Below are positions 9,120 to 17,666 of a DNA stretch of 19,226 nt, in pieces (position 1 is the first letter of the stretch; every line of letters begins with the position of its first letter). Position numbers and translations under genes: made by a program. The stretch covers positions 1 through 19,226 of IMG/VR virus record IMGVR_UViG_2778261168_000002; one strand, written 5' to 3'. This DNA is from a virus (Duplodnaviria; Heunggongvirae; Uroviricota; Caudoviricetes). A model generated the notes under the pieces. The model was given only the letters and a program-made list of their open reading frames with translations. It was not told where the DNA came from and did not search any database.

Positions 9120-9914
9120 ATGGCTTCAAACTGGATAAAGCTCGAGGTTATTACGCCGGATAAGCCGGAAATATTCAGGCTTGCTGAGATTCTGAATATT
9201 GATCCAGATGCCGCATTAGGGAAAGTCATTCGCTTCTGGGCATGGGCGGATCAACAAATGATAGACGGTAACGCAGAGTGTAACGCACGCGGCGTTACAA
9301 AAAGCGCAATTGATCGCATCACTTTTATGGCTGGTTTTGCTGATGCGTTAATTCAGGTTGGATGGCTGGTCGAAACTAATGGTGTGTTGTCGCTTCCTAA
9401 CTTTGAGCGCCATAACGGGAAAAGCTCTAAAAAACGGGCGGTTACAAACGAGAGAGTTACAAAAATACGCGAACTGAAACGAAAAGGTAACGCTGCCAGC
9501 GTTACACAAACGGATCAAAAAGCGTTACCAGAGGAAGAGGAAGAGGAAGAGGAAGATATAAATACTGATCTCCCTCTAAATCTCCCTCACCAAAAACGAG
9601 CGACTAAAAAATTCGACCCGTCGTCAGTTGCTCTGCCTGAGTGGTTGCCGGAAACACTCTGGCATGAGTGGGTTCAATTCAGGCAGGCATTGCGAAAACC
9701 GATTCGAACGGAGCAGGGCGCTAACGGGGCGATACGGGAGCTGGAAAAATTCCGCCAGCAGGGTTTTACCCCTGAGCAGGTGATTAGACACAGCATTGCC
9801 CATGAATACCAGGGCTTGTTCGCGCCGAAAGGCGTTCGGCCTGAGACGTTGCTTCGACAGGTTAACACCGTCTCGTTTCCGGACAGTGCGATCCCACCAG
9901 GCTTCAGGGGGTAA
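9120..9914 (+). CDS. ydaU: Replication initiation protein YdaU-like (264 aa from MASNWIKLEV); contains an EEEEEEEED acidic run
   Basis: The ORF-track start at 9042 is a TTG codon; the first ATG with a Shine-Dalgarno-like GGTGA is at 9120; position upstream of the DnaC-like gene. Confidence 0.65.
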   Translation: MASNWIKLEVITPDKPEIFRLAEILNIDPDAALGKVIRFWAWADQQMIDGNAECNARGVTKSAIDRITFMAGFADALIQVGWLVETNGVLSLPNFERHNGKSSKKRAVTNERVTKIRELKRKGNAASVTQTDQKALPEEEEEEEEDINTDLPLNLPHQKRATKKFDPSSVALPEWLPETLWHEWVQFRQALRKPIRTEQGANGAIRELEKFRQQGFTPEQVIRHSIAHEYQGLFAPKGVRPETLLRQVNTVSFPDSAIPPGFRG

Positions 9915-9920
9915 CGAAGC

Positions 9921-10667
9921 ATGAAAAATATTGCGACAGGCGGCGTTCTGGAACGCATCCGCCGACTGACCCCGCCACATGTAACCGCGCCATTCAGGAC
10001 GGTGGCGGAGTGGCGCGAGTGGCAACTTGCAGAAGGCCAGAAACGTTGTGAGGAGATCAACCGTCAGAATCGTCAGTTGCGGGTGGAAAAAATCCTGAAT
10101 CGCTCCGGCATCCAGCCTTTGCACCGCAAATGCTCGTTTGCGAATTACCAGGTGCAGAACGACGGCCAGCGATACGCGTTGAGTCAGGCGAAATCTATCG
10201 CTGACGAACTGGTTACCGGATGCACAAATTTCGCGTTTAGCGGAATGCCTGGTACCGGAAAAAACCATCTGGTGGCGGCTATCGGGAATCGCCTGCTGAA
10301 AGATGGCCAGACAGTGATTGTGGTTACCGTGGCGGATGTCATGAGTGCTCTACACGCCAGCTATGACGACGGGCAATCAGGCGAAAAATTTTTGCGGGAA
10401 CTGTGCGAAGTGGATCTGCTGGTTCTTGATGAAATTGGCATTCAGCGCGAGACAAAAAACGAGCAGGTGGTGCTGCACCAGATTGTTGATCGCCGGACAG
10501 CGTCGATGCGCAGCGTGGGGATGCTGACAAACCTGAACTATGAGGCCATGAAAACATTGCTTGGCGAGCGGATTATGGATCGCATGACCATGAACGGCGG
10601 GCGCTGGGTGAATTTTAACTGGGAGAGCTGGCGCCCGAATGTTGGTCAGCCAGGAATTGAAAAGTAA
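9921..10667 (+). CDS. ydaV: DnaC-like helicase loader / IstB-like ATPase (248 aa)
   Basis: Walker [11 protein letters not shown] and Walker B LLVLDEIG; matches recalled YdaV. Confidence 0.85.
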   Translation: MKNIATGGVLERIRRLTPPHVTAPFRTVAEWREWQLAEGQKRCEEINRQNRQLRVEKILNRSGIQPLHRKCSFANYQVQNDGQRYALSQAKSIADELVTGCTNFAFSGMPGTGKNHLVAAIGNRLLKDGQTVIVVTVADVMSALHASYDDGQSGEKFLRELCEVDLLVLDEIGIQRETKNEQVVLHQIVDRRTASMRSVGMLTNLNYEAMKTLLGERIMDRMTMNGGRWVNFNWESWRPNVGQPGIEK

Positions 10668-10689
10668 TTTTTACCGGGAGGAAATTTTA

Positions 10690-11439
10690 ATGGAGACCGT
10701 TTTTGACGCACTGAAAGCAATGGGAAAAGCCACGTCGGTAGAACTGGCAGCGCGACTTGATATCAGTCGTGAAGAAGTGCTGAACGAGCTGTGGGAACTG
10801 AAAAAGGCTGGCTTCGTTGATAAAAGCGTATACACCTGGCGTGTGGTTGATAACAACGTTCAGCAGGAACATCCAGTGCCGGAAGAACAGCCGGAAGAAA
10901 TCGCCACGGCAACAGTGACGAAAATATCGGAGTGCGATTTAACCGCGACGATTGAACAACGTGGTCCACTAACTGCGGATGAACTGGCTACGTTGTTCGG
11001 TACCACATCACGCAAAGTGGCTTCAACGCTGGCAATGGCAATCAGCAAGGGGCGTCTGATTCGCGTAAATCAGAACGGTAAATTTCGTTACTGCATGCCG
11101 GGCGATAATTTACCAGCAGAACCGAAAGCTGCATTGGTAACGAAAAATGATGGTAAAGCCTTTCCTCAGCCAGCCGGTGTTGCGTTACCAGTACAGGAAG
11201 CGGCAACACAGGAAGATATTAAAACAGAAACTGTGGCGGACATTGTGCAGTCGCTGCCATCGTTTACTGAAACGCAAGCGAATGACCTGGTTTTACCATC
11301 GCTGCATATGGCAAACCGCGAACTGCGTCGGGCGAAAAATCATGTCCAGAAGTGGGAGCGTGTCTGCGCCGCGCTGCGGGAGCTGAACAAGCACCGGGAT
11401 ATTGTCCATAAAGTTATTGCAGCAGGTATGGAGAAATAA
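10690..11439 (+). CDS. Conserved prophage protein, YdaW-like by position (249 aa from [11 protein letters not shown])
   Basis: GGGAGG 9 nt upstream of ATG at 10690; N-terminal winged-helix-like segment; follows ydaV as ydaW does in Rac. Confidence 0.55.
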   Translation: METVFDALKAMGKATSVELAARLDISREEVLNELWELKKAGFVDKSVYTWRVVDNNVQQEHPVPEEQPEEIATATVTKISECDLTATIEQRGPLTADELATLFGTTSRKVASTLAMAISKGRLIRVNQNGKFRYCMPGDNLPAEPKAALVTKNDGKAFPQPAGVALPVQEAATQEDIKTETVADIVQSLPSFTETQANDLVLPSLHMANRELRRAKNHVQKWERVCAALRELNKHRDIVHKVIAAGMEK

Positions 11440-11624
11440 ATACTCCTGATTATATGAGTCATCCTGCTGCAGTTGTGACCAATATGAGCGGTTGTGCAGA
11501 GTTCTTCAGATAGAGGTAATGAAAACTGCGGTGATTTGTATTCGCTGCAGTTAATATAAGCTCGTCGTATTTTTTCATGAAATGTGATCTTAGTCATATT
11601 TATATCACGTCTATTTATCCGATT

Positions 11625-11640
11625 CTGATGAAATCATCAG
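11625..11640. promoter_or_regulatory. Perfect palindrome CTGATGA-aa-TCATCAG about 50 bp upstream of the 689-aa gene; candidate operator
   Basis: Read directly from the sequence; sits in the AT-rich leader. Confidence 0.3.
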
Positions 11641-11692
11641 GTGTTAAGATACTATTTGTGCTGTCACCTCAATGGTTTAAAAAGGAATCTGG

Positions 11693-13762
11693 ATGAAAGG
11701 TAATATTCTCGGGGATATCCGAGCTGAACATGACGAAAAGATGTTGGAAGCTTCATTTTGGCAAACAACTGATTATAAAGCTCTTCTCGAATCCTACGAT
11801 CGCTGCATCATTGTTGGCCGCAGAGGAACAGGAAAAAGTGCTCTGGTGCATATGCTTTCCAAACATTGGCATGCTAAGCCAAAAACCTATGTGATGACTA
11901 TTAGTCCGGTTGAAGAACAAATTATTGGATTAAGGGACGTTATTTCTTTATTTGGTGAAAATTACTTACATATAAAAGCCGGTAGCAAGTTAGCATGGCG
12001 ATATGCTATTTATATGGAGCTGCTTTCTGAGATCGCAAGTCATTACAAGATGAAAAACGATCTTGACTACAAAAGTGTAGAGTCGCATTTATTATCTTGG
12101 GGACCGAAGAGACAAAATATAAGTAGCAAAATAAGAAAAAAATTGAACACTATTCTCGATGATAACAAAAATATAAAACCAGCTACAAGAATAGCCGAAC
12201 TATCCGATAAATTTGAACTTGACTTATTGGAAGAGGTGATAGAAGAAGCAATTTCGAAGTCAAATAATCAATTTGTTATTTTTGCTGATAGACTTGATGA
12301 AGGCTATACACCGGATAATCTTGGTGTTGCAATAGTTGATGGTTTCATTCAGGCTGTGATTGATATAAAACAAAATATGAATGAAAAGGTTATTGCCTTT
12401 GCATTTGTTAGAGATAATATTCATCGAGCTATATCAAAAATGGACCCTGATTTCACTCGAAATATTGAAGGGCAAGTACTGAGATTACATTGGGATGAAT
12501 ATAACTTGTTTAATCTTGTATGCAATAGAATGAGGGTCGCTTTTAACTCAACCATTGAGAATAACACGAGGGTGTGGAATGCTTACACCGCAAATGAATT
12601 ACAGTCTAATACCGGTTTTAAAGAAACATTGAAACTGACTCTATATAGGCCAAGAGATATTTTGGTTTTGTTAAATAATGCATTCTTGCGAGCAAACACA
12701 CATGATCGTAATCGTATTGTCATTGATGACATTCAAGCAACAGCGAATACTATTTCACAAAATAGACTCAATGATTTGTTAAAAGAATATGAGAATGTAT
12801 TTCCTGCATTAGATATATTTACATCGCAATTTGCTAATAGCAAACCTTACTACAGTGTTTCTGAAGCGTCATCTAAGATACAATATGCCCTTGATCTCAA
12901 TGGCGTTATTGACAAGATGAAAATGCAGGATTTACTTCTTTTTGAAGGGCCAATCCAGGTGATTCAACGACTTTACAGTGTTGGATTTATTGGGTTGTAT
13001 AACCAGCAGTCATCTTCATATGTATTTTGCCATGACGGTAAGGAACCTGAAAAAGAATTTACACCAGATTCAAAATTGCTATTGCATCCATGCTACTGGC
13101 TAGCATTAAGTGTTCATGAATCAGAGATGACTCCCGATGCTGCTGATGATATTCATGATGAATATGATATTGAGGTCAGCTCTGTTTCCGAAGAGCAGAG
13201 GAAACAACGAATCGGTTCGTTGCTCCAAGAACTACATAATATACCTGAAGGACCTGAAGGTGCTGTCGATTTTGAAGCATGGGCGCTCAAAACTATAAAG
13301 TTACTATTTGCTACGAATTTAACAAACATTGAGTTGCATCCCAATAAAAATGGGTTGCAGCAAAGAGATATTATAGCGACAAATATAGCTGACACTCCAG
13401 TTTGGAAGAGAATTCTGACAGATTATCAGACACGGCAAGTTGTTTTTGAAGTGAAAAACTATAAAACATTAGGTGCTGCAGAATATAGACAGGTAAATTC
13501 CTATTTGTTTAAAGACTATGGGCGGATAGCTTTTATCATAAATAGAGATCATACAGAGAATTTAGAAAAACATAAAGAACTTACGTGGGTAAAAGAAATT
13601 TATGATAATCATAATAAATTAGTTGTGAAGTTACCCTCTAAGTTCCTTGAAAGACATCTGTCAAAAATGAGAAGCCCGCAAAAACATGACGAAGTTAATA
13701 AACAATTAGGTAAACTGCTCGATCAGTACATAAGGGTCTATTTAAATAATAAATGTAAGTAA
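11693..13762 (+). CDS. 689-aa P-loop NTPase with C-terminal PD-(D/E)xK-like nuclease motif; candidate single-gene anti-phage defence or abortive-infection protein
   Basis: Walker A GRRGTGKS (residues 42-49); Walker B-like FVIFADRLDE; C-terminal QRDIIATN...VVFEVKNYK...EYRQ fits a D...ExK nuclease core; AAGGA Shine-Dalgarno; visibly AT-rich relative to flanking genes; own terminator. Confidence 0.85.
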   Translation: MKGNILGDIRAEHDEKMLEASFWQTTDYKALLESYDRCIIVGRRGTGKSALVHMLSKHWHAKPKTYVMTISPVEEQIIGLRDVISLFGENYLHIKAGSKLAWRYAIYMELLSEIASHYKMKNDLDYKSVESHLLSWGPKRQNISSKIRKKLNTILDDNKNIKPATRIAELSDKFELDLLEEVIEEAISKSNNQFVIFADRLDEGYTPDNLGVAIVDGFIQAVIDIKQNMNEKVIAFAFVRDNIHRAISKMDPDFTRNIEGQVLRLHWDEYNLFNLVCNRMRVAFNSTIENNTRVWNAYTANELQSNTGFKETLKLTLYRPRDILVLLNNAFLRANTHDRNRIVIDDIQATANTISQNRLNDLLKEYENVFPALDIFTSQFANSKPYYSVSEASSKIQYALDLNGVIDKMKMQDLLLFEGPIQVIQRLYSVGFIGLYNQQSSSYVFCHDGKEPEKEFTPDSKLLLHPCYWLALSVHESEMTPDAADDIHDEYDIEVSSVSEEQRKQRIGSLLQELHNIPEGPEGAVDFEAWALKTIKLLFATNLTNIELHPNKNGLQQRDIIATNIADTPVWKRILTDYQTRQVVFEVKNYKTLGAAEYRQVNSYLFKDYGRIAFIINRDHTENLEKHKELTWVKEIYDNHNKLVVKLPSKFLERHLSKMRSPQKHDEVNKQLGKLLDQYIRVYLNNKCK

Positions 13763-13771
13763 TTCAATCTT

Positions 13772-13803
13772 TACCGAAAGATCATGTATCTTTCGGTATT
13801 TTT
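13772..13803 (+). terminator. Rho-independent terminator of the 689-aa gene (TACCGAAAGAT-catgt-ATCTTTCGGTA plus T-run)
   Basis: 11-bp stem and TTTTT read directly, 10 nt after the stop codon. Confidence 0.65.
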
Positions 13804-13888
13804 AAGCGAGAGTAATCAAAATCGTAATGAGAGCTATATAATAATGTGTATAGATTGATTTACGAACGCTTCAACATTTACCGTTATT

Positions 13889-13987
13889 ATGACGGTAAAT
13901 GTTGCAAGGAAAGACCTCTGCGAGGTACGAATCCGAACCGGTCAGACGGAGGTCGCTGTCTTCAGAGCTTACGAATCTGAGGAGTAA
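13889..13987 (+). pseudogene. hok-family toxin remnant retaining the conserved C-terminus (RKDLCEVRIRTGQTEVAVFRAYESEE) but lacking the N-terminal transmembrane segment
   Basis: Hand translation; C-terminal match to the Hok/Gef family (HokD/RelF-like); upstream in-frame sequence is not hydrophobic and runs into a stop at 13856. Confidence 0.55.
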
Positions 13988-14055
13988 GAGACCTGGCGGG
14001 GGAGAAATCCCTCGCCACCTCTCATGTGTCAGGCATCCTCAAAGCACCCGCACTT

Positions 14056-14081
14056 AACCCGCTTCGGCGGGTTTTGTTTTT
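14056..14081 (+). terminator. Rho-independent terminator (CCCGC-ttcg-GCGGG plus TTTTGTTTTT) at the 3' end of the hok-like transcript
   Basis: Hairpin and T-run read directly. Confidence 0.6.
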
Positions 14082-14160
14082 CATGAATAAGGGATTAATA
14101 ATTTTAACTGAAGTTATATTACCTTGTGGCCCGATAAGTTAATTAATTATCAATGCGCCT

Positions 14161-14250
14161 GTATTGTTTGTATTGTTTGCATTGTTTGTATTGTTTGTAT
14201 TATTTGTATTGTTTGTATTGTTTTTATTATTTGCGTTGTTTGTGGTTTTA
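14161..14250. repeat. Degenerate tandem array of about 10 copies of the 9-bp unit GTATTGTTT
   Basis: Units at 14161, 14170, 14179, 14188, 14197, 14206, 14215 and following, with single-base variants (GCATTGTTT, GTATTATTT, GCGTTGTTT). Confidence 0.85.
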
Positions 14251-14381
14251 TCTTTTTGGGTTTATTTTTTGCGTTGCTTAGAAATAAAGATTAATTAGAA
14301 TCCTCCTGTTTTGAGTAGCGCGCAGGGACAAGAGGGATGGACCCTGAGAAGGGGGTGCTATTTATCCGGAAGGATTCTTTG

Positions 14382-14555
14382 ATGAATATCGAAAAAATTC
14401 GTGAAACTTTTAGTGAAAATGGCCTCTATGCTGTGCGCGTTGAGAATGGAGAAGTTATCTACACAACGTTAATTCCTGATGATCATGTGATTTTATCTAT
14501 CGAGGCATTCATTGAATACCTGGAAAGGCTTGGTTTCAAGGTGGCTAGGGAATGA
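14382..14555 (+). CDS. Small hypothetical phage protein (57 aa from MNIEKIRETF)
   Basis: GGAAGGA about 7 nt upstream of ATG at 14382; the ORF-track start at 14337 has no usable spacing to a Shine-Dalgarno. Confidence 0.4.
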   Translation: MNIEKIRETFSENGLYAVRVENGEVIYTTLIPDDHVILSIEAFIEYLERLGFKVARE

Positions 14556-14614
14556 GTTATAATTCGTAAGCCAGCTTGAACAACTGGCAACCTACAGCGC
14601 CATTGGAGATAGCA

Positions 14615-15214
14615 ATGGCGCATATACAACTGATCAAACAAACTTCTTCCGGTTTACTGCTCCCGGCGACGCCGGAGAGTTGCGATTTTCTGCATCAAAT
14701 CAAAATAGGTGAGTGGATACACGCAGACTTTAAGCGTGTGCGTAACTACGCATTCCACAAGCGTTTTTTCAAACTCCTGCAACTGGGATTCGATTACTGG
14801 ACTCCGGTCGGTGGGGCGATCACACCTCGCGAACGAGAACTGCTGTCTGGTTTCGTGGATTACTTGTGCGAATCAGTTGGTCGGGAACACACACCAGCCC
14901 TGAGTGATGCCGCAGAGCAATATCTAAATACCGTTGCGACACGCAGAACCCGGGATACGGCATTGCTTAAGTCATTTGAGGCTTTCCGCGAGTGGGTAAC
15001 CATTCAGGCCGGATTTTACACCGAGCATATTTATCCGGACGGTAGCCGTGGGCGCAGGGCGAAATCCATCGCGTTTGCGAATATGGACGAAACCGAGTTT
15101 CAGCAGGTTTATAAATCTGTACTGAATGTGCTGTGGAACTGGATTCTGTTCCGTAAATTCTCCTCTCAGGAGGAAGTTGAAAATGTGGCCGCACAACTAC
15201 TGGAGTTTGCGTAA
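14615..15214 (+). CDS. Conserved lambdoid nin-region protein (199 aa from MAHIQLIKQ), tentatively DUF1367-like
   Basis: The ORF-track start at 14576 is TTG; the first ATG with a GGAGA Shine-Dalgarno is at 14615; position upstream of the ybcO-like and Q-like genes. Confidence 0.55.
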   Translation: MAHIQLIKQTSSGLLLPATPESCDFLHQIKIGEWIHADFKRVRNYAFHKRFFKLLQLGFDYWTPVGGAITPRERELLSGFVDYLCESVGREHTPALSDAAEQYLNTVATRRTRDTALLKSFEAFREWVTIQAGFYTEHIYPDGSRGRRAKSIAFANMDETEFQQVYKSVLNVLWNWILFRKFSSQEEVENVAAQLLEFA

Positions 15215-15504
15215 TGGTGAATTTACGTAAAGCGGCTAAAGGCCAGATGTGCCAGATCAGAATCCCTGGCTACTGCAATCACAATCCCGAAACCTCTGTG
15301 CTGGCGCATTACAGGCTGGCGGGGACGTGCGGAACAGCGACAAAACCACACGATATGCAGGCGGCGATAGCCTGTAGCTCATGCCACGATCTAATCGACG
15401 GGCGGGTAAAAACCAGCGATTACACCAAAGAAGAATTGCGCCTGATGCATGCTGAAGGGGTTTTTCGCACACAAGAAATCTGGAGAAAGAAAGGTCATTT
15501 ATGA
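15214..15504 (+). CDS. YbcO-like Cys-rich putative nuclease (DUF1364-type, 96 aa)
   Basis: Pattern NLRKAAKG.CQIRIPG.CN.NPETSVLAH..L.G.CG...KP.D...IACSSCHD resembles recalled DLP12 YbcO; start overlaps the upstream stop (TAATG). Confidence 0.65.
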   Translation: MVNLRKAAKGQMCQIRIPGYCNHNPETSVLAHYRLAGTCGTATKPHDMQAAIACSSCHDLIDGRVKTSDYTKEELRLMHAEGVFRTQEIWRKKGHL

Positions 15505-16043
15505 TTTACCCAACGAATACAGGAAAAAGCGGAGAACACCTTCGCCTCACCACGCTGGAAAGTGTCTGGATTCAGGGAAAACTACGTATGTGGGGGCGCT
15601 GGTCGTATATTGGCGGTGGCAGGTCAGGGAATATGTTCAATCAGTTGTTGGCATCCAAAAAACTGACGAAAACAGCCATTAATGAAGCCCTGCGCAGAAT
15701 GAAAAAAGCGGGAATAGAGAAAGCTGAGCTGGAAGCGTTTTTGCGAGAGATGATCAACGGCAAGCAAAAGAGCTGGCTGGCGCATTGTACTGATGCAGAG
15801 GCGTTATGTATTGATCGAGTCATAAGTGAGGTGCTGGCAGAGCATCCAGGATTGATTTGCATTCTCCGGCAACGCTATGAAGGGCGGGGGATGACTAAGC
15901 GCAAAATGGCTGAATTGCTAAATGATGCACACCCAGAGTGGTGTTTTAGCACATGCGAAAAACGGATTGCTAATTGGTTAGCTGTTGCTGAGTATGCCCT
16001 ATATATTCCCATGCGTGAATCATTTGCTGAGAAAATGGCTTGA
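15501..16043 (+). CDS. Putative late-gene antiterminator (Q-like, 180 aa)
   Basis: Positional: last gene before a strong terminator and the lysis cassette; ATGA overlap with the preceding gene; family assignment is from context, not from a recognised motif. Confidence 0.5.
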   Translation: MIYPTNTGKSGEHLRLTTLESVWIQGKLRMWGRWSYIGGGRSGNMFNQLLASKKLTKTAINEALRRMKKAGIEKAELEAFLREMINGKQKSWLAHCTDAEALCIDRVISEVLAEHPGLICILRQRYEGRGMTKRKMAELLNDAHPEWCFSTCEKRIANWLAVAEYALYIPMRESFAEKMA

Positions 16044-16123
16044 TTTCTTACGTATAAACTGCTTCAATTTTGCTATGCTTCGCAAAGCTGTATCGCGAGG
16101 CGGATTGCAGACATGGACATCGT

Positions 16124-16150
16124 AAAAAAACCGCTTAATGCGGTTTTTTT
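16124..16150 (+). terminator. tR'-like rho-independent terminator (AAACCGC-ttaat-GCGGTTT plus T7) about 85 bp after the Q-like gene
   Basis: Hairpin and T-run read directly; the 16044-16123 leader would hold a PR'/qut-like site. Confidence 0.6.
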
Positions 16151-17028
16151 ACGTCAGGAAAGCAGGGGAGAATGCTGCTAGTTGGGCAACTGGTCTTTCT
16201 GCTCCAAATTATAACAGAGACCAGTTATAGTTTCGGTGCTGTGTTTTTTTTACAATATTGTGATAACACATTGCTGGCGGGAGTTTTGATATTTCTTGGC
16301 AGGGGCTGATGATGCGTTATCCTGATGTCGTCAACTCATATAAAATGAGATGAGAGATCATTGCAGGGTGGTTTGTAATTCGCTGTTTAGCGGGACAATA
16401 TGTTGTCTGATACAAGACACCCGACGCCTCAGATTACTATAATAAAGACGAAGCATCCTTTGTATTGACCAACCGCCTGTTTAGGCGGTTCTTTTTGGGC
16501 TGGTTTATTGTATGCCAAATGATTATTAAAAAGGTTGTGTTAATAACAAAATCCGAAATAATATGCCTGCATATTTTTATCTTGCTTATATTCTGCATAT
16601 TGTGCATAGCAGGCTCATCCCTGCAATCAAAACTGTATGATGAGTATTTTTTGTTTTCCTTTTTTCCAGTCATCTGATGATGACCTGCTTCTTTTTAATC
16701 CGGATCGACATCAGTTTTTTAAGATAATTCCTGCGAGTTATATGCATAAATGCCACAAACTCCGCATTTTATGTGGTTGGGAGTTGCCGGGCGCGCAGTG
16801 AGTTTGCTAAGAAAACTCCTGCATGGTGAATCCCCCTGTGCGGTGGGGTGATACCATTAACCTTTTCTGTCGCCGACAGGTATCACGAACATTTTGTTCA
16901 CCGGGAGGCACCCGGCACCATGCACTTCAATAGATTCTCTCCACATTATGGATATTCTTTCAGAATATCCCACGCAGACTTTGTGTAAATGTTAACAAAT
17001 GTGCGTTTTATTTGATCTGATTCGCTGT

Positions 17029-17058
17029 TTGAGCGTCCAAAACAACGGTATATATAAT
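17029..17058 (+). promoter_or_regulatory. Candidate sigma70 promoter TTGAGC-N18-TATAAT upstream of the first TolA-like lipoprotein gene
   Basis: Consensus -10 TATAAT at 17053-17058; -35-like TTGAGC at 17029-17034; GAGGA Shine-Dalgarno before ATG at 17088. Confidence 0.45.
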
Positions 17059-17087
17059 CCTTTACTATATGACATATGTGAGGAAAA

Positions 17088-17516
17088 ATGGGTTTTCGTA
17101 GCGCATCAATTCTTACGTTGATTATTAGTGGGATTATTATCGGGTGCACTGATGCTGTATCGACAAATTATCATGACCGTACATCATATTACTCCGATAA
17201 AGCAATAGAGACACAGTATGTGAGTTCATCTGAACGTACTTCTGATGTTAGTGAGGATATCCGTCTGTATGCCCATCAAATCAAGAGCGCCATCGAAAAA
17301 CAGTTCGGGGATGCGAGTAAGTATTCAGGAAAAGAGTGTACACTGAGAATGCATATGGCCCCGAATGGCCTTCTACTGGAGGTTAAAAGAGAAAGTGGAG
17401 ACCTCGATTTATGTCGTGAAGCGATGAATGCGATAAAGAATGCTGATATACCTGCCCCCCCTTCGCCGGAAGTATATAAAGTATTTCAAAATGGGGTGCT
17501 GGATTTTAAACCCTGA
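17088..17516 (+). CDS. Lipoprotein with TolA C-terminal (domain III)-like domain (142 aa)
   Basis: Lipobox IIGC after a signal peptide; C-terminus QIKSAIEKQFGDASKYSGKECTLRMHMAPNGLLLEV...LCREAMNAIKNADIPAPPSPEVYKVFQNGVLDFKP closely parallels the recalled C-terminus of E. coli TolA. Confidence 0.8.
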   Translation: MGFRSASILTLIISGIIIGCTDAVSTNYHDRTSYYSDKAIETQYVSSSERTSDVSEDIRLYAHQIKSAIEKQFGDASKYSGKECTLRMHMAPNGLLLEVKRESGDLDLCREAMNAIKNADIPAPPSPEVYKVFQNGVLDFKP

Positions 17517-17666
17517 TATTTATTGTTTTGTAATAAACGGTTTCGGCTTAGGTTTGTTCTGACACAGCTACGGCACTGAGCTAAATTTAGCGGATAGTCA
17601 GCTCTGAGCCAGTGGCGGACGTAACAACTACTATTGCTGAGATTTTAATGGATTGAGGAGCAAGAA

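Noticed and set aside
9527-9556. GAG/GAA-rich stretch encoding EEEEEEEED in ydaU as a possible simple-sequence repeat
   Set aside because: It sits in frame within a coding region and is most simply an acidic linker; no evidence of length variation can be drawn from a single sequence.
9624-10268. Minus-strand ORFs (214 aa and 128 aa) antisense to ydaU/ydaV, and 10339..10557 / 10345..10527
   Set aside because: They overlap the well-supported DnaC-like gene and ydaU on the opposite strand, with Arg/Ser-rich low-complexity translations typical of antisense frames.
10671-11597. Several 60-85-aa ORFs overlapping the ydaW-like gene or the AT-rich leader (10671..10856, 10687..10872, 10763..10969, 10860..11048, 11147..11386, 11340..11597)
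   Set aside because: Mutually overlapping, no ribosome-binding sites noticed, and mostly antisense to or inside the ydaW-like CDS.
13153-13395. 80-aa minus-strand ORF inside the 689-aa gene
   Set aside because: Antisense to the long, motif-bearing CDS; likely a shadow ORF.
13860-14081. Retron-like msr/msd ncRNA (structured region with inverted repeats and a terminator)
   Set aside because: No reverse transcriptase gene nearby, and the region translates cleanly into a Hok C-terminus; hok mRNAs are known to be highly structured, which explains the hairpins.
14161-14250. CRISPR array
   Set aside because: Repeat unit is only 9 bp, copies are contiguous with no spacers, and no cas genes are present.
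14709-15196. ORFs 14709..14903 (+) and 14967..15194 / 14972..15196 (-) and 15257..15472 (-), 15449..15682 (+), 15641..15862 (-)
   Set aside because: All are internal to or antisense to the nin-like and Q-like CDSs that have start-codon overlaps and Shine-Dalgarno support.
16437-16677. Overlapping ORFs on both strands (78 aa minus, 70 aa plus from TTG) in the AT-rich spacer
   Set aside because: They overlap each other on opposite strands, are AT-driven with low-complexity Ile/Leu/Phe/Lys-rich translations, and lack good translation signals.
16151-17087. tRNA genes in the Q-to-lysis interval (as found in Stx phages)
   Set aside because: No cloverleaf-compatible segment or conserved T-loop motif (GTTCGAATC-like) found by eye; a tRNAscan-type search was not run.
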